20,000 bases of DNA from an uncultured virus (IMG/VR IMGVR_UViG_3300038415_000352) (IMGVR_UViG_3300038415_000352); one strand, 5' to 3'. Shown: positions 9,353-17,504, counted from the stretch's first letter. Translations and numbers: made by a program. The notes: generated by a model not told the origin, from the letters alone.

Positions 9353-9589
9353 ATGCCCGAGGACTACCACGAAACCGCCGCCGAGGAGAAGCTAACCACG
9401 CCTCCGCCCCCTCCGGCGAAGCCGAAGGAGAAGTCCCTCGGCGACCAAATCTGGTCCGATATCCTCGGCTTCGGGAAGAGGGCCGGGTCGTACGCGAAGG
9501 ACCGGTCGAAGAAGGCGAGCTACCATGCGAAGCGGACGGCGGGTAAGGTCGACGCGGAACTACGTCGTCGAAAGTTACTGGAGGAGTAA
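9353..9589 (+). CDS. Hypothetical Pro/Lys-rich protein (78 aa)
   Basis: PPPPP linker and basic helix; ends LLEE with GGAGGAGTAA. Confidence 0.7.
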   Translation: MPEDYHETAAEEKLTTPPPPPAKPKEKSLGDQIWSDILGFGKRAGSYAKDRSKKASYHAKRTAGKVDAELRRRKLLEE

Positions 9590-9591
9590 CG

Positions 9592-9774
9592 ATGCCCGAA
9601 GAGTACCCCCTCCGCGTTAAGCTCGAGTGTCGGAAGTGCGGGCGCGAGGTTCACGTCGACGGACGATACGTCCGTCACCAGGGCGGCGCGGTCTCCTTCA
9701 TAGTCCATAACACGGATAAGCCGTGCTACCTCTGTACCTCGGACGAGCGGGCGGACGCCGCTCGGAGGGAGTAG
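9592..9774 (+). CDS. Zinc-ribbon protein (60 aa)
   Basis: CRKC...H...CYLC; ends ARRE. Confidence 0.7.
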   Translation: MPEEYPLRVKLECRKCGREVHVDGRYVRHQGGAVSFIVHNTDKPCYLCTSDERADAARRE

Positions 9775-10056
9775 ATGGTCGACCCGAGCGTCCTCCGGAA
9801 GGCCGAGAAGCGTCTCTCGGAAGAGACGCGCTATACCTTCTATCTCGGCCCGATACGCCGGAACCGGGTCGAGGTCGAGGTCTACGACCCGTCGTACCCG
9901 GACGCCGGTCGACGGGCCATCTTCTCCGTCCCCCTCTCGAAGCACGCCGGTCTTAAGGAGGTCGTCCGTCGCGTAAGCGCGGGGTTCGACCGTTACGGTT
10001 CTCTCCCTCCGGTTTATCGGGAGCCGAGCGCTCTCGGGGAGGCGGGGGAGGGATAA
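9775..10056 (+). CDS. Hypothetical protein (93 aa)
   Basis: Starts at a TAGATG junction. Confidence 0.7.
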   Translation: MVDPSVLRKAEKRLSEETRYTFYLGPIRRNRVEVEVYDPSYPDAGRRAIFSVPLSKHAGLKEVVRRVSAGFDRYGSLPPVYREPSALGEAGEG

Positions 10057-10068
10057 GGAAAGAAGAAA

Positions 10069-10755
10069 ATGTCGGCAAAAGTATGGGTCGGAATCGGAGC
10101 CGCTATCGCCATCGTCGTACTGCTCTTCCTGACGATTTGCGCGCAGGGCGCGCCGTCGGCACCGACGGCCTCGACGGGAGCTACGCTAAACCCGTCGACG
10201 GCGCAGTCGGTTCAGGTCACCCTGAAGACGCAGTTCTACTCGTTAGTCGCGCCGAATACGATTTACCAGATAGGCGCGAAGTTCATCTACTCGGTCGTCG
10301 AGACCGGCGGGGGCGGGAATCCGGTAATCCTCGCTACGAACCTTACCGCCTCGGCGACGTCTATCTCCGTCGGGTCGAATAACCTCTATACGATGATAGG
10401 GGCGTTCACGGTAACGACCGTCGCGGTCTGCTCGTCCCCGCTGACCTGCGGGACGGCGCCGGAGAACCTGACGATTACCGCGACGGCGGACGTCTCAACG
10501 TACCTCGCCTTCTGGACGAGCCCTACGTCGACTATCGTATTCTCGAACGTCGCTACCTATACGAACGTTCCGGCGGTCGTCGCGCCGAACCCGAGTTCGT
10601 ACTACCTCGAACTCTACCTCCCGATAACCGGGATTTTCTTCGTCGGGCTCCTAGCGTTTACGATAATGCGTCCGAACGACTACTCGGTCGTCTTGACCTT
10701 TATCGCGGGTATCGCTATCCCGGTCGAGTTCATCCTCTGGGCGTACGTGCTCTAA
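10069..10755 (+). CDS. Membrane-anchored Thr-rich surface protein (228 aa)
   Basis: N-terminal TM, beta-rich ectodomain with NLT sequons and a Cys pair, two C-terminal TMs; purine leader. Confidence 0.8.
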   Translation: MSAKVWVGIGAAIAIVVLLFLTICAQGAPSAPTASTGATLNPSTAQSVQVTLKTQFYSLVAPNTIYQIGAKFIYSVVETGGGGNPVILATNLTASATSISVGSNNLYTMIGAFTVTTVAVCSSPLTCGTAPENLTITATADVSTYLAFWTSPTSTIVFSNVATYTNVPAVVAPNPSSYYLELYLPITGIFFVGLLAFTIMRPNDYSVVLTFIAGIAIPVEFILWAYVL

Positions 10756-10785
10756 GGGAGTAACCGAGAGAAGAAGGGGAAGAAA

Positions 10786-11733
10786 ATGAAGCGGAAGGGG
10801 AGCTACGCGACGCTCGTTCTCGTCGCGCTCGTCGCCGTAGTCTTCGGTCTTAGCGCCGTACACGCCGCACCGACCGCGAACCTGACCGGGTCGAGCGGAC
10901 TCCAGCCGGACGCCGTCCCGCCGGCACCGACGGGCCTTACCGCGACGGCGACGAACGCTACGGTTATCCATCTCGCTTGGACGAACCCGGTCGGGGCGCT
11001 AACCGATAACGAGTACTACGAGTTCGCAGCCGCCGCCTGTTCTGGCGGCCATAGTACCGTCGATATCGGTTCCGTCGTAACCTCCGCGAACGTCGGCTCG
11101 CTCTCTTCGGCGACCTCGTACGGCTTCGAGGTCCTCGCTAAGAATGCGACCGGCTTCTCGGCTCCGAGTACCTGCCACTCCGGGATGACCTACCCCGACG
11201 TTCCGACGAGCCTCGTAGCGAACGTCGCTAGCGATACCGAAATCGACCTGACGTGGACGAACCCGTCGGGGACGCTTACGGATACCTTCGTAAACGTCTA
11301 CGTCGCGTCTACCTGTACCGGGAGCCCAACGACGCTCGATATGGCCGGGGTCGTAACGGCCTACGCGGATATCGACCTCGCGCAGACGACGACGTATAGC
11401 TATACCATTGCCGCCGCGGATACGACCGGGACGGGTGCGGCCTCGGCCTGCGTTTCGGCGACTACGCAAGCTACCCCGGGCGGCGGTCCGCCCGGCGGCG
11501 GTAGTCCGCCCGGCGGAAGCGGTAACTCTACGAACGCTACGGGTACCCCGAACTACCCGACGAACGGACCCGCGCTAGCGTTCCCCGCGTTTACCCCGGC
11601 GGGCCTTCTCGTACAGAACTTCCTCGGTATCGTATCGCTTATCGGCGGCGCGGTCCTCTTCGCGTTCCGTCGGTTTATCCTCGGGCCGACCTTCCTCGGA
11701 ATCGGGCTCGTCCTCCTCTTCGTCGTCTTCTGA
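10786..11733 (+). CDS. Surface protein with two fibronectin type III domains (315 aa)
   Basis: PxxPTxLxA...IxLxWTNP...LxxxTxYxFxVxAxN/D occurs twice. Signal peptide ending VHA, Gly/Pro linker, C-terminal TM pair. Confidence 0.85.
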   Translation: MKRKGSYATLVLVALVAVVFGLSAVHAAPTANLTGSSGLQPDAVPPAPTGLTATATNATVIHLAWTNPVGALTDNEYYEFAAAACSGGHSTVDIGSVVTSANVGSLSSATSYGFEVLAKNATGFSAPSTCHSGMTYPDVPTSLVANVASDTEIDLTWTNPSGTLTDTFVNVYVASTCTGSPTTLDMAGVVTAYADIDLAQTTTYSYTIAAADTTGTGAASACVSATTQATPGGGPPGGGSPPGGSGNSTNATGTPNYPTNGPALAFPAFTPAGLLVQNFLGIVSLIGGAVLFAFRRFILGPTFLGIGLVLLFVVF

Positions 11734-11773
11734 GGAAGAGGTTACATATACTAGGGAGGAGGTTCAACGAACG
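11734..11773 (+). promoter_or_regulatory. Possible archaeal BRE/TATA promoter and SD
   Basis: Purine tract GGAAGAG, then TTACATATA (11742-11750) about 24-32 nt upstream of ATG 11774, and AGGAGGT at 11757-11763. Confidence 0.4.
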
Positions 11774-12103
11774 ATGACGCGGGGTGAGAGGGACGAGCGG
11801 GCGTTCACCCACTTTCTCGAGGATGAGATAGCGGGCGAGATTCGCCGGTGGGCGCAGCGGACGTTCCGCGGTCGCTTCATCGTTCGACTACGGGGAAGCC
11901 CGGGCGACGAGTTCGAGGACGCCGTCTGGCGCGTTACGATTAGCGACGGGGCGAAGCGGCGCTTTACCTATGAGTGGGAAGCGAATACGAAGTCGTGGGG
12001 GAACGACGCGCTCGAGACGACGACGGTCCCCGAGGCGACCCTCGCCGAGATTATCGAGGAGCACGGCTGGACGCGAAAGCCTTCGGTTCGATGGAGGGAG
12101 TAG
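11774..12103 (+). CDS. Hypothetical protein (109 aa)
   Basis: SD present; ends RWRE. Confidence 0.75.
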   Translation: MTRGERDERAFTHFLEDEIAGEIRRWAQRTFRGRFIVRLRGSPGDEFEDAVWRVTISDGAKRRFTYEWEANTKSWGNDALETTTVPEATLAEIIEEHGWTRKPSVRWRE

Positions 12104-12107
12104 GAAG

Positions 12108-12623
12108 ATGGCGCATAAGCTAGCAATCGGGAAGGGGAACACGACGGTGATGACTTGGCCCGAGTTCCGCGAGTTCCTTCGGGGGAAGATAATCTACCAC
12201 CACCAAGTGAACTGGGTCGAGGAGTGGACGAGTCTCGACCGCGAAGCGACGGAGGCCCAGTACTTCCCGTACAACGGGTTCCTGCTACGGAAGGCGGACG
12301 CCCTCGGCCGTTACCCCTACGCGGGCTACGGCGAGAAGACCCTCGGGACGACCGTTAAGCGAACGGGGAAGGGCTACTGGGACTCCGACTACTGGAAGGT
12401 TACCTACAACGACGGACGCAACGACTATACCGGCGCGAAGACCGGGCGAAAGCCGAAGTACTACGTTACCTTCCATAAGGGTCGTGAGGACGTTCTCTGT
12501 AACCGGTGCGGCCGGGAGATTACCGGCCGCGACGTTCAGCTCGGGAGCTACGTAAACTCGGGCGGCCAAATCTGCGGCGACTGCCGGAACGACGAGCGCG
12601 AGAAGAGCCTCCGGAGAGAGTAG
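12108..12623 (+). CDS. Hypothetical protein with C-terminal zinc finger (171 aa)
   Basis: Start reassigned to MAHKLAIG; CNRC...CGDC; ends LRRE (GGAGAGAGTAG). Confidence 0.75.
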   Translation: MAHKLAIGKGNTTVMTWPEFREFLRGKIIYHHQVNWVEEWTSLDREATEAQYFPYNGFLLRKADALGRYPYAGYGEKTLGTTVKRTGKGYWDSDYWKVTYNDGRNDYTGAKTGRKPKYYVTFHKGREDVLCNRCGREITGRDVQLGSYVNSGGQICGDCRNDEREKSLRRE

Positions 12624-13061
12624 ATGAAGTCCGTAACGATGGCGAGAGCGAACGAAGTCTGGGCCCTCGGGAAGGAACTCTCGGGCGGCTTCGGCCTCTG
12701 GGGGACTATCGACCAGCTAACGTCCCTCGACGGCTTTACCGAGTGGAAGCGTCTCGCGGTCGTAGAGGGCTGGATTAACGGGGCGAGGTCGCTCGGCTTT
12801 ACCGATACCGATGCGGCGGCGCTCGGGGACTGGCGGATAGGCCGGCACTTCGTCGATACGGCTTCCTTCTGGAACCTCGACCCGCCCGAGGTCGTTCGGA
12901 AGAAGGCGCAGAAGGCCGCGGTCGATGCGATTAGCTACGCCGTAAAGGACGAGGGTGGTATCGCGGAGGTCAAGCGACAGCTCGTTCTGAACTATACGAA
13001 CTACTACCCCGTTAGCTACGCGAACCGACTAGGGCGTACCCCGTCGGTTAGGAGGGAGTAG
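12624..13061 (+). CDS. Hypothetical protein (145 aa)
   Basis: Junction-bounded ORF; ends VRRE. Confidence 0.75.
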   Translation: MKSVTMARANEVWALGKELSGGFGLWGTIDQLTSLDGFTEWKRLAVVEGWINGARSLGFTDTDAAALGDWRIGRHFVDTASFWNLDPPEVVRKKAQKAAVDAISYAVKDEGGIAEVKRQLVLNYTNYYPVSYANRLGRTPSVRRE

Positions 13062-13280
13062 ATGCCGTTCTATCCGGTCGGTCGGAAGGCGAAGGGCGAA
13101 CTCCCGATGTACGCTGTTCTTCGGAGCTATAACGAAGGGACCGCGATAGAACGATACTTCGATACCGAGCGGGCGGCGAAGGACTGGGCCGAGAGCCATC
13201 TTCTTCCGACCGACGAGATGCTCCTCGTCGTTAAGCTACTCGGCTACGCGAGGCCCGTTACGGCCCCGAGGAGGGAGTAG
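13062..13280 (+). CDS. Hypothetical protein (72 aa)
   Basis: FDTERAAKDWAE motif; ends PRRE. Confidence 0.7.
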   Translation: MPFYPVGRKAKGELPMYAVLRSYNEGTAIERYFDTERAAKDWAESHLLPTDEMLLVVKLLGYARPVTAPRRE

Positions 13281-13283
13281 AAG

Positions 13284-13628
13284 ATGACGAGCGACGAGAA
13301 GCGGATGAGCCCCGAGGACGGCGGCGAGGTAGCGGAGTTCATTCGGAACGTCGACGAGGGGAGCTACGAGTGCCTCTGCGGGAATCACGTTAAGCTGAAC
13401 GAGCGCTCGTTCCGCGGCTATCCCCACGAGGGCGGCCTCTCCGATAAGAACGGGAAGCGCTGGTGGGTCTGGGCGACCTGCCCGCGATGCAACTACCAGA
13501 TGAGCTGGCGGAGCCTCCCGTACCGTCTCCGCCTAGAGCCGATGCCCGAGGGCTGGAAGCCCGGGGCGCCGGGATGGGAGCCGGGGTGGCAGGCTCGCCG
13601 CGTCAGCGGCTTTCTTAGGAAGGAGTAA
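13284..13628 (+). CDS. Zinc-ribbon protein (114 aa)
   Basis: CLCG...YPHEGG...WWVWATCPRC; ends LRKE. Confidence 0.75.
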   Translation: MTSDEKRMSPEDGGEVAEFIRNVDEGSYECLCGNHVKLNERSFRGYPHEGGLSDKNGKRWWVWATCPRCNYQMSWRSLPYRLRLEPMPEGWKPGAPGWEPGWQARRVSGFLRKE

Positions 13629-13630
13629 CG

Positions 13631-14116
13631 ATGTCCGACCCCGACGAGGACTACGATATCGACGAGGAGATGCGTCACGAGGCCCTTGTCGAGGCCGCGC
13701 ACGACGCGCGCGAGGAGGAGCGGCGCGCGAAGTGCCCTGATTGCGGGCAGAGCCACGAAGGGCTCGACCCCGATACGATTCGGAACCTCCACGCCGCGGC
13801 GACGAACTGGTATAGCGACTCGAACCGGCCGGGGTCGAGGGTCCTAACGAACGTCGAGCACGGCGGTATCCACGGAGAGAAGCCGGACCCCCGTTGGGCC
13901 GCCGCGATGGACCATCTCGGGAAGCTCGTCAAGACCTACTTCTTCGATAAGTACCACGAGGTCTACCTCGAGAAGTACGAGAACGGCGCTATCGTTTACT
14001 ACGTCCCGACCGGCTGGTGGTACTACTATCCGAAGGACATGATGGACGACGCCTTCGACTTCGCCCGCTCCCGGGGAACCCATTCGAGGGCGCTCAACCG
14101 TATCTTCGGAGACTAG
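13631..14116 (+). CDS. Hypothetical protein with CxxCxxxH (161 aa)
   Basis: Acidic N-terminus and CPDCGQSH. Confidence 0.75.
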   Translation: MSDPDEDYDIDEEMRHEALVEAAHDAREEERRAKCPDCGQSHEGLDPDTIRNLHAAATNWYSDSNRPGSRVLTNVEHGGIHGEKPDPRWAAAMDHLGKLVKTYFFDKYHEVYLEKYENGAIVYYVPTGWWYYYPKDMMDDAFDFARSRGTHSRALNRIFGD

Positions 14117-14127
14117 GGAGGGAGTAG

Positions 14128-14418
14128 ATGACGAAGCGCTCGGTCGAGGCCGCGGAGAGGAGAATCCGGAAAGAGGTAGTCGGCTGGCTCCGCGCTACGT
14201 ACGTCAAGAAGTCGCTCCGCGCCGAGGTGAACGTAGACGAGGATACGCTCGACGATGGTCCGTACTTCTGGGCCTATATCTACGACGGGAAGAAGCTCGT
14301 CGCCGAAGGCTCGGGATGGTTCGAGCAGCAGACCGACCCGTTCGACGAGATGGAATCGGACCTGAACGAGAAAGGCTACCGTCGTATTCCTCTACGGAAC
14401 CTGATACGGGAGGACTAG
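14128..14418 (+). CDS. Hypothetical protein (96 aa)
   Basis: Follows an intergenic exact junction copy; ends IRED. Confidence 0.75.
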   Translation: MTKRSVEAAERRIRKEVVGWLRATYVKKSLRAEVNVDEDTLDDGPYFWAYIYDGKKLVAEGSGWFEQQTDPFDEMESDLNEKGYRRIPLRNLIRED

Positions 14419-15030
14419 ATGCCCGACGACCTCTTCCGGGAATCGAACGACCCACCCGACCCGCACCGGAAGCCGTCGATGAACGAGTCGGACGCGGACT
14501 TTATCTACCGGACGGGGAGGAAGTTCTGGCTCGACCCCGATGGGACGAACCGTTGGGATATCGTCGAGCAGAACGGCGAGCCGCTCGTCGAGGACCTCGG
14601 CGCCCCGGTCGGGGAGTGCCAAGCCTGCGGCCATGCTATCGAGTTCAAGTTCTACGTTCGGCACCCGACCCGGGGCGTCTCGTACGTCGGCTCCGAGTGT
14701 ATCAATAAGGTCCGGATGACCTTCGACCTCGTCCGGCGGGCGAGGATGGACCGGGCGCTCTATAAGGCGAAGCGGATGCAGGAGCGGAAGGCCCTCGATA
14801 AGAAGATAGAGCTTCTCGAGGCCGCCGCCTCGGACCCGCCGGTACGGGTCGCCTACTGGGACTATCTCGGCCGGAGCCGGAACCTCTCGGAGAGCCTTCG
14901 CTGGTACGCGCAGGTCCTACGGGATAGCCGGAAGCGCCGGCCGATGTTCGAGAACGCCCTTCGCGCTCCGCTCGAGAAGTACGGGCACCCCGAGGTCTTT
15001 CCCCGGCGAAGGGAGAAGCCGCTTATATGA
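14419..15030 (+). CDS. Putative Zn-binding viral-type protein (203 aa)
   Basis: CQACGHAI...VGSEC motif; ATGA overlap with the next gene. Confidence 0.75.
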   Translation: MPDDLFRESNDPPDPHRKPSMNESDADFIYRTGRKFWLDPDGTNRWDIVEQNGEPLVEDLGAPVGECQACGHAIEFKFYVRHPTRGVSYVGSECINKVRMTFDLVRRARMDRALYKAKRMQERKALDKKIELLEAAASDPPVRVAYWDYLGRSRNLSESLRWYAQVLRDSRKRRPMFENALRAPLEKYGHPEVFPRRREKPLI

Positions 15031-15218
15031 GCCGTCTCGCCGAGCCTCCCGAACCTCCGCGCGAAACGCTACGGGGTCGCCTCTACCGATGCGAGCGATG
15101 CGGCTACGACCGGCGATTCTACCTCTCGCCGCCTATCGGCGAGCAACGGAGATGCCCGAAGTGCCGGCGCTACTCGCTCGAGCCGGTACGGGACGAGCGG
15201 GTCCTACGGAGGGAGTAA
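15027..15218 (+). CDS. Zinc-ribbon protein (63 aa)
   Basis: YRCERCG...CPKC; ends LRRE. Confidence 0.75.
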   Translation: MSRLAEPPEPPRETLRGRLYRCERCGYDRRFYLSPPIGEQRRCPKCRRYSLEPVRDERVLRRE

Positions 15219-15439
15219 TGCCCCGTCCTAACCCCCTTGACGAGCGGGAGGCCCGAATCCAGCGTGCCCACGACGCCTACCAGAAGGCCCGGGGAATCGC
15301 TGCCGCGGACCCGACCCCCGCGAACCTTACCGAGGAGAACCGCCTCCATAAGGAGTACGTAACGCTTCTCTACGAGGAAGAGCCTTCTCCTAGACGGGAG
15401 CAGACCATCGAGGATTTCGCTTCGATACGGAGGGAGTAG
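15218..15439 (+). CDS. Hypothetical helical protein (73 aa)
   Basis: TAATG-coupled start MPRPNPLD; ends IRRE. Confidence 0.7.
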   Translation: MPRPNPLDEREARIQRAHDAYQKARGIAAADPTPANLTEENRLHKEYVTLLYEEEPSPRREQTIEDFASIRRE

Positions 15440-16594
15440 ATGCCGAAGGTAATCGTAGTGCTCGCAATCGCGGCGACCGTCGTCATAGCGGCCTTCTCCG
15501 CGGCGACTACGATAGCGTACGGTTCCCTCGGCGCGCGGGGCGGGCTGTCGGTAGACGATACGAATAACTCGACCCTTCCCTCGCAGGACTTCCTCGGTAC
15601 CCCGACGGTGAACGTAACGACCGTTCCTATGCTCTACGACGACTCCGCGAGCTGGTTCTCGAACGGCTGCTCGTACAACGGGTCCGTACCGTATACGGTC
15701 CCGTTCCCCTCGAACGACCCGAACGCGACCCCCGGTACCCAGATGGCCGTAGTAAACGCGCTCGGGCCAGGCTACGGTTGCGGGACGGGCTGGTTCGCCG
15801 AGGTCTGGAACTTTACGGCGAACGCGACCCTCGTCGCGGAGAACGATTGGTTTAACGTTACGACGAACTGGACCCTCTCGAATACCTCGGGAGAAGTCGT
15901 AGGGGTTAACTCGGTCTCCGTGACCGTTAGCTCGGAGACCCTCTCGACGAACGGGACCTTCTCGCTCTACGTCGAGTTCCCGGGGAACCCGGTATCGCTC
16001 GGAACGACGAACGTTACGGTCGAGGCGGCGCCGCCGGTCTCGGTTCCCGCTACCTTCGGAGGGAACGGACGGGACGCGCGAGGAACCTTCCCTCCGGCGA
16101 ACGTATCGCAGAACTTCGTTGCCGACCCGGCCCTCGAGCCCCAACTCGTCGGGGAGCAGTCGACGATATACTCCGACGCGGTAGCGGCGCCGGATGGTTG
16201 CTCGAATAGCGTCGCGAATAGTACTCCCGGCGTCCTAACCGGTATCCCATTCCCCGAGCCCGGCGGGAACTACGAGCAGGCGCTCTTCGCGAACGCCGGC
16301 GAGGTCTCGGCCTGCTCCGGCGGCGACTACGGGATGCTCTTTACCTTCCTCGTCTCGACGCCGCTCTCGGCGGAGAACGATTGGTTCAACGTTACGACGA
16401 CTTGGGTGACCCCGGGCGGGGCGACCGTTACCGGGTTTAGCGACTCCCTCGTAAGCGTCGTCCCGGGGAATCTCCCGGGCGGGTCGGAGAACGCGCTCCT
16501 CCTCGTCTACGTCGACTACGGGGCGGGAACCCCGACCGTCCTATCGTGCTCGATTACGGTACAAGCGACCTCGCAGGTGGTCGTCGTAGGGTAG
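15440..16594 (+). CDS. Secreted putative glycoprotein with an internal two-domain duplication (384 aa)
   Basis: Signal-like N-terminus; AENDWFNVTT and LYV(E/D)(F/Y) each occur twice; many N-x-S/T sequons; no C-terminal anchor. Confidence 0.8.
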   Translation: MPKVIVVLAIAATVVIAAFSAATTIAYGSLGARGGLSVDDTNNSTLPSQDFLGTPTVNVTTVPMLYDDSASWFSNGCSYNGSVPYTVPFPSNDPNATPGTQMAVVNALGPGYGCGTGWFAEVWNFTANATLVAENDWFNVTTNWTLSNTSGEVVGVNSVSVTVSSETLSTNGTFSLYVEFPGNPVSLGTTNVTVEAAPPVSVPATFGGNGRDARGTFPPANVSQNFVADPALEPQLVGEQSTIYSDAVAAPDGCSNSVANSTPGVLTGIPFPEPGGNYEQALFANAGEVSACSGGDYGMLFTFLVSTPLSAENDWFNVTTTWVTPGGATVTGFSDSLVSVVPGNLPGGSENALLLVYVDYGAGTPTVLSCSITVQATSQVVVVG

Positions 16595-16605
16595 GAGAGA
16601 GTAGA

Positions 16606-17037
16606 ATGATTTTCGGACGACGACCCTCGGGGGCTACGGACGCGGAACTAATCTCGGCTTATATCGAGAGCCGAGTCGAGGAGAACCACTTCGAGTCGGA
16701 ACTCGAGCACGAGCGTATCGAGAACGGGCCGGAGGCCGAGCATTGGTCCTTCGAATGGCGGGAGAACTACCGTACCCGTATCGAAGGAATCGAAGAACGT
16801 CTCGGGGCGGTCCGCGAGCGGATGGCCGATATTATCGATGACCTCCGCGCTCGTAAGTACCGGCTTAACTTCGAGTATGAGGACGACCCGCTTACCGGGG
16901 CGCCTATCAATAAGGACCGTACCCATCTCTATACTATCCAGAAGGGACGACGGCGGTCCGACTTAATCGCGATAGAGTCGGTCGCGCGACGCCGTTTCCC
17001 GCCTACGGAGACGGGGCTAATACAGTGGAGGGAGTAG
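16606..17037 (+). CDS. Hypothetical coiled-coil protein (143 aa)
   Basis: Start reassigned to the ATG after GGAGAGAGTAGA; ends QWRE. Confidence 0.7.
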   Translation: MIFGRRPSGATDAELISAYIESRVEENHFESELEHERIENGPEAEHWSFEWRENYRTRIEGIEERLGAVRERMADIIDDLRARKYRLNFEYEDDPLTGAPINKDRTHLYTIQKGRRRSDLIAIESVARRRFPPTETGLIQWRE

Positions 17038-17039
17038 CG

Positions 17040-17504
17040 ATGACGATAGCCGACGAGAAGCCGTACGCCTCGGACCTAAAGGAGATGGAGCGCGTCTGGG
17101 ACGAATACGTCCGGAAGGAACTCGGCCGCGACTATCGGGGCGAGGTCCGCGACGGGGAGAATCCAAAGCGACGAGCCTCCATCGACCGTATCGATATCAT
17201 CGACGGGGGGCCCGGGGGCCGCTACGACGTAACGCTCGTCGTCGTCCGGGTCGCCCGCCGGCACGGCGACCTCGAGACGCGGGACGGGGTCGTTTGGAAG
17301 CGGCGGTATGACGTTCTCGATAAGATGCTCGTCCGGGACGCCGCGATACAGGAGAACCGTTCGATATCTGAATGGGAGCGGAACCGCCGGTCGGAGGACC
17401 TCTGGCGGAATACCCTGACCTACGATATTCAGGACTCGATTCGCGAGGGTGGGTTCCCGAGCCTTCGGAGGATTCGAAGCGAGTACGCGTTCCCGAGGGA
17501 GTAG
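17040..17504 (+). CDS. Hypothetical protein (154 aa)
   Basis: Start after TAGCG; ends FPRE. Confidence 0.75.
   Translation: MTIADEKPYASDLKEMERVWDEYVRKELGRDYRGEVRDGENPKRRASIDRIDIIDGGPGGRYDVTLVVVRVARRHGDLETRDGVVWKRRYDVLDKMLVRDAAIQENRSISEWERNRRSEDLWRNTLTYDIQDSIREGGFPSLRRIRSEYAFPRE

Noticed and set aside
11475..11523. Short GGCGGCGGT(AGT)CCGCCC repeats
   Set aside because: Explained by a Gly/Pro linker in the FN3 protein.
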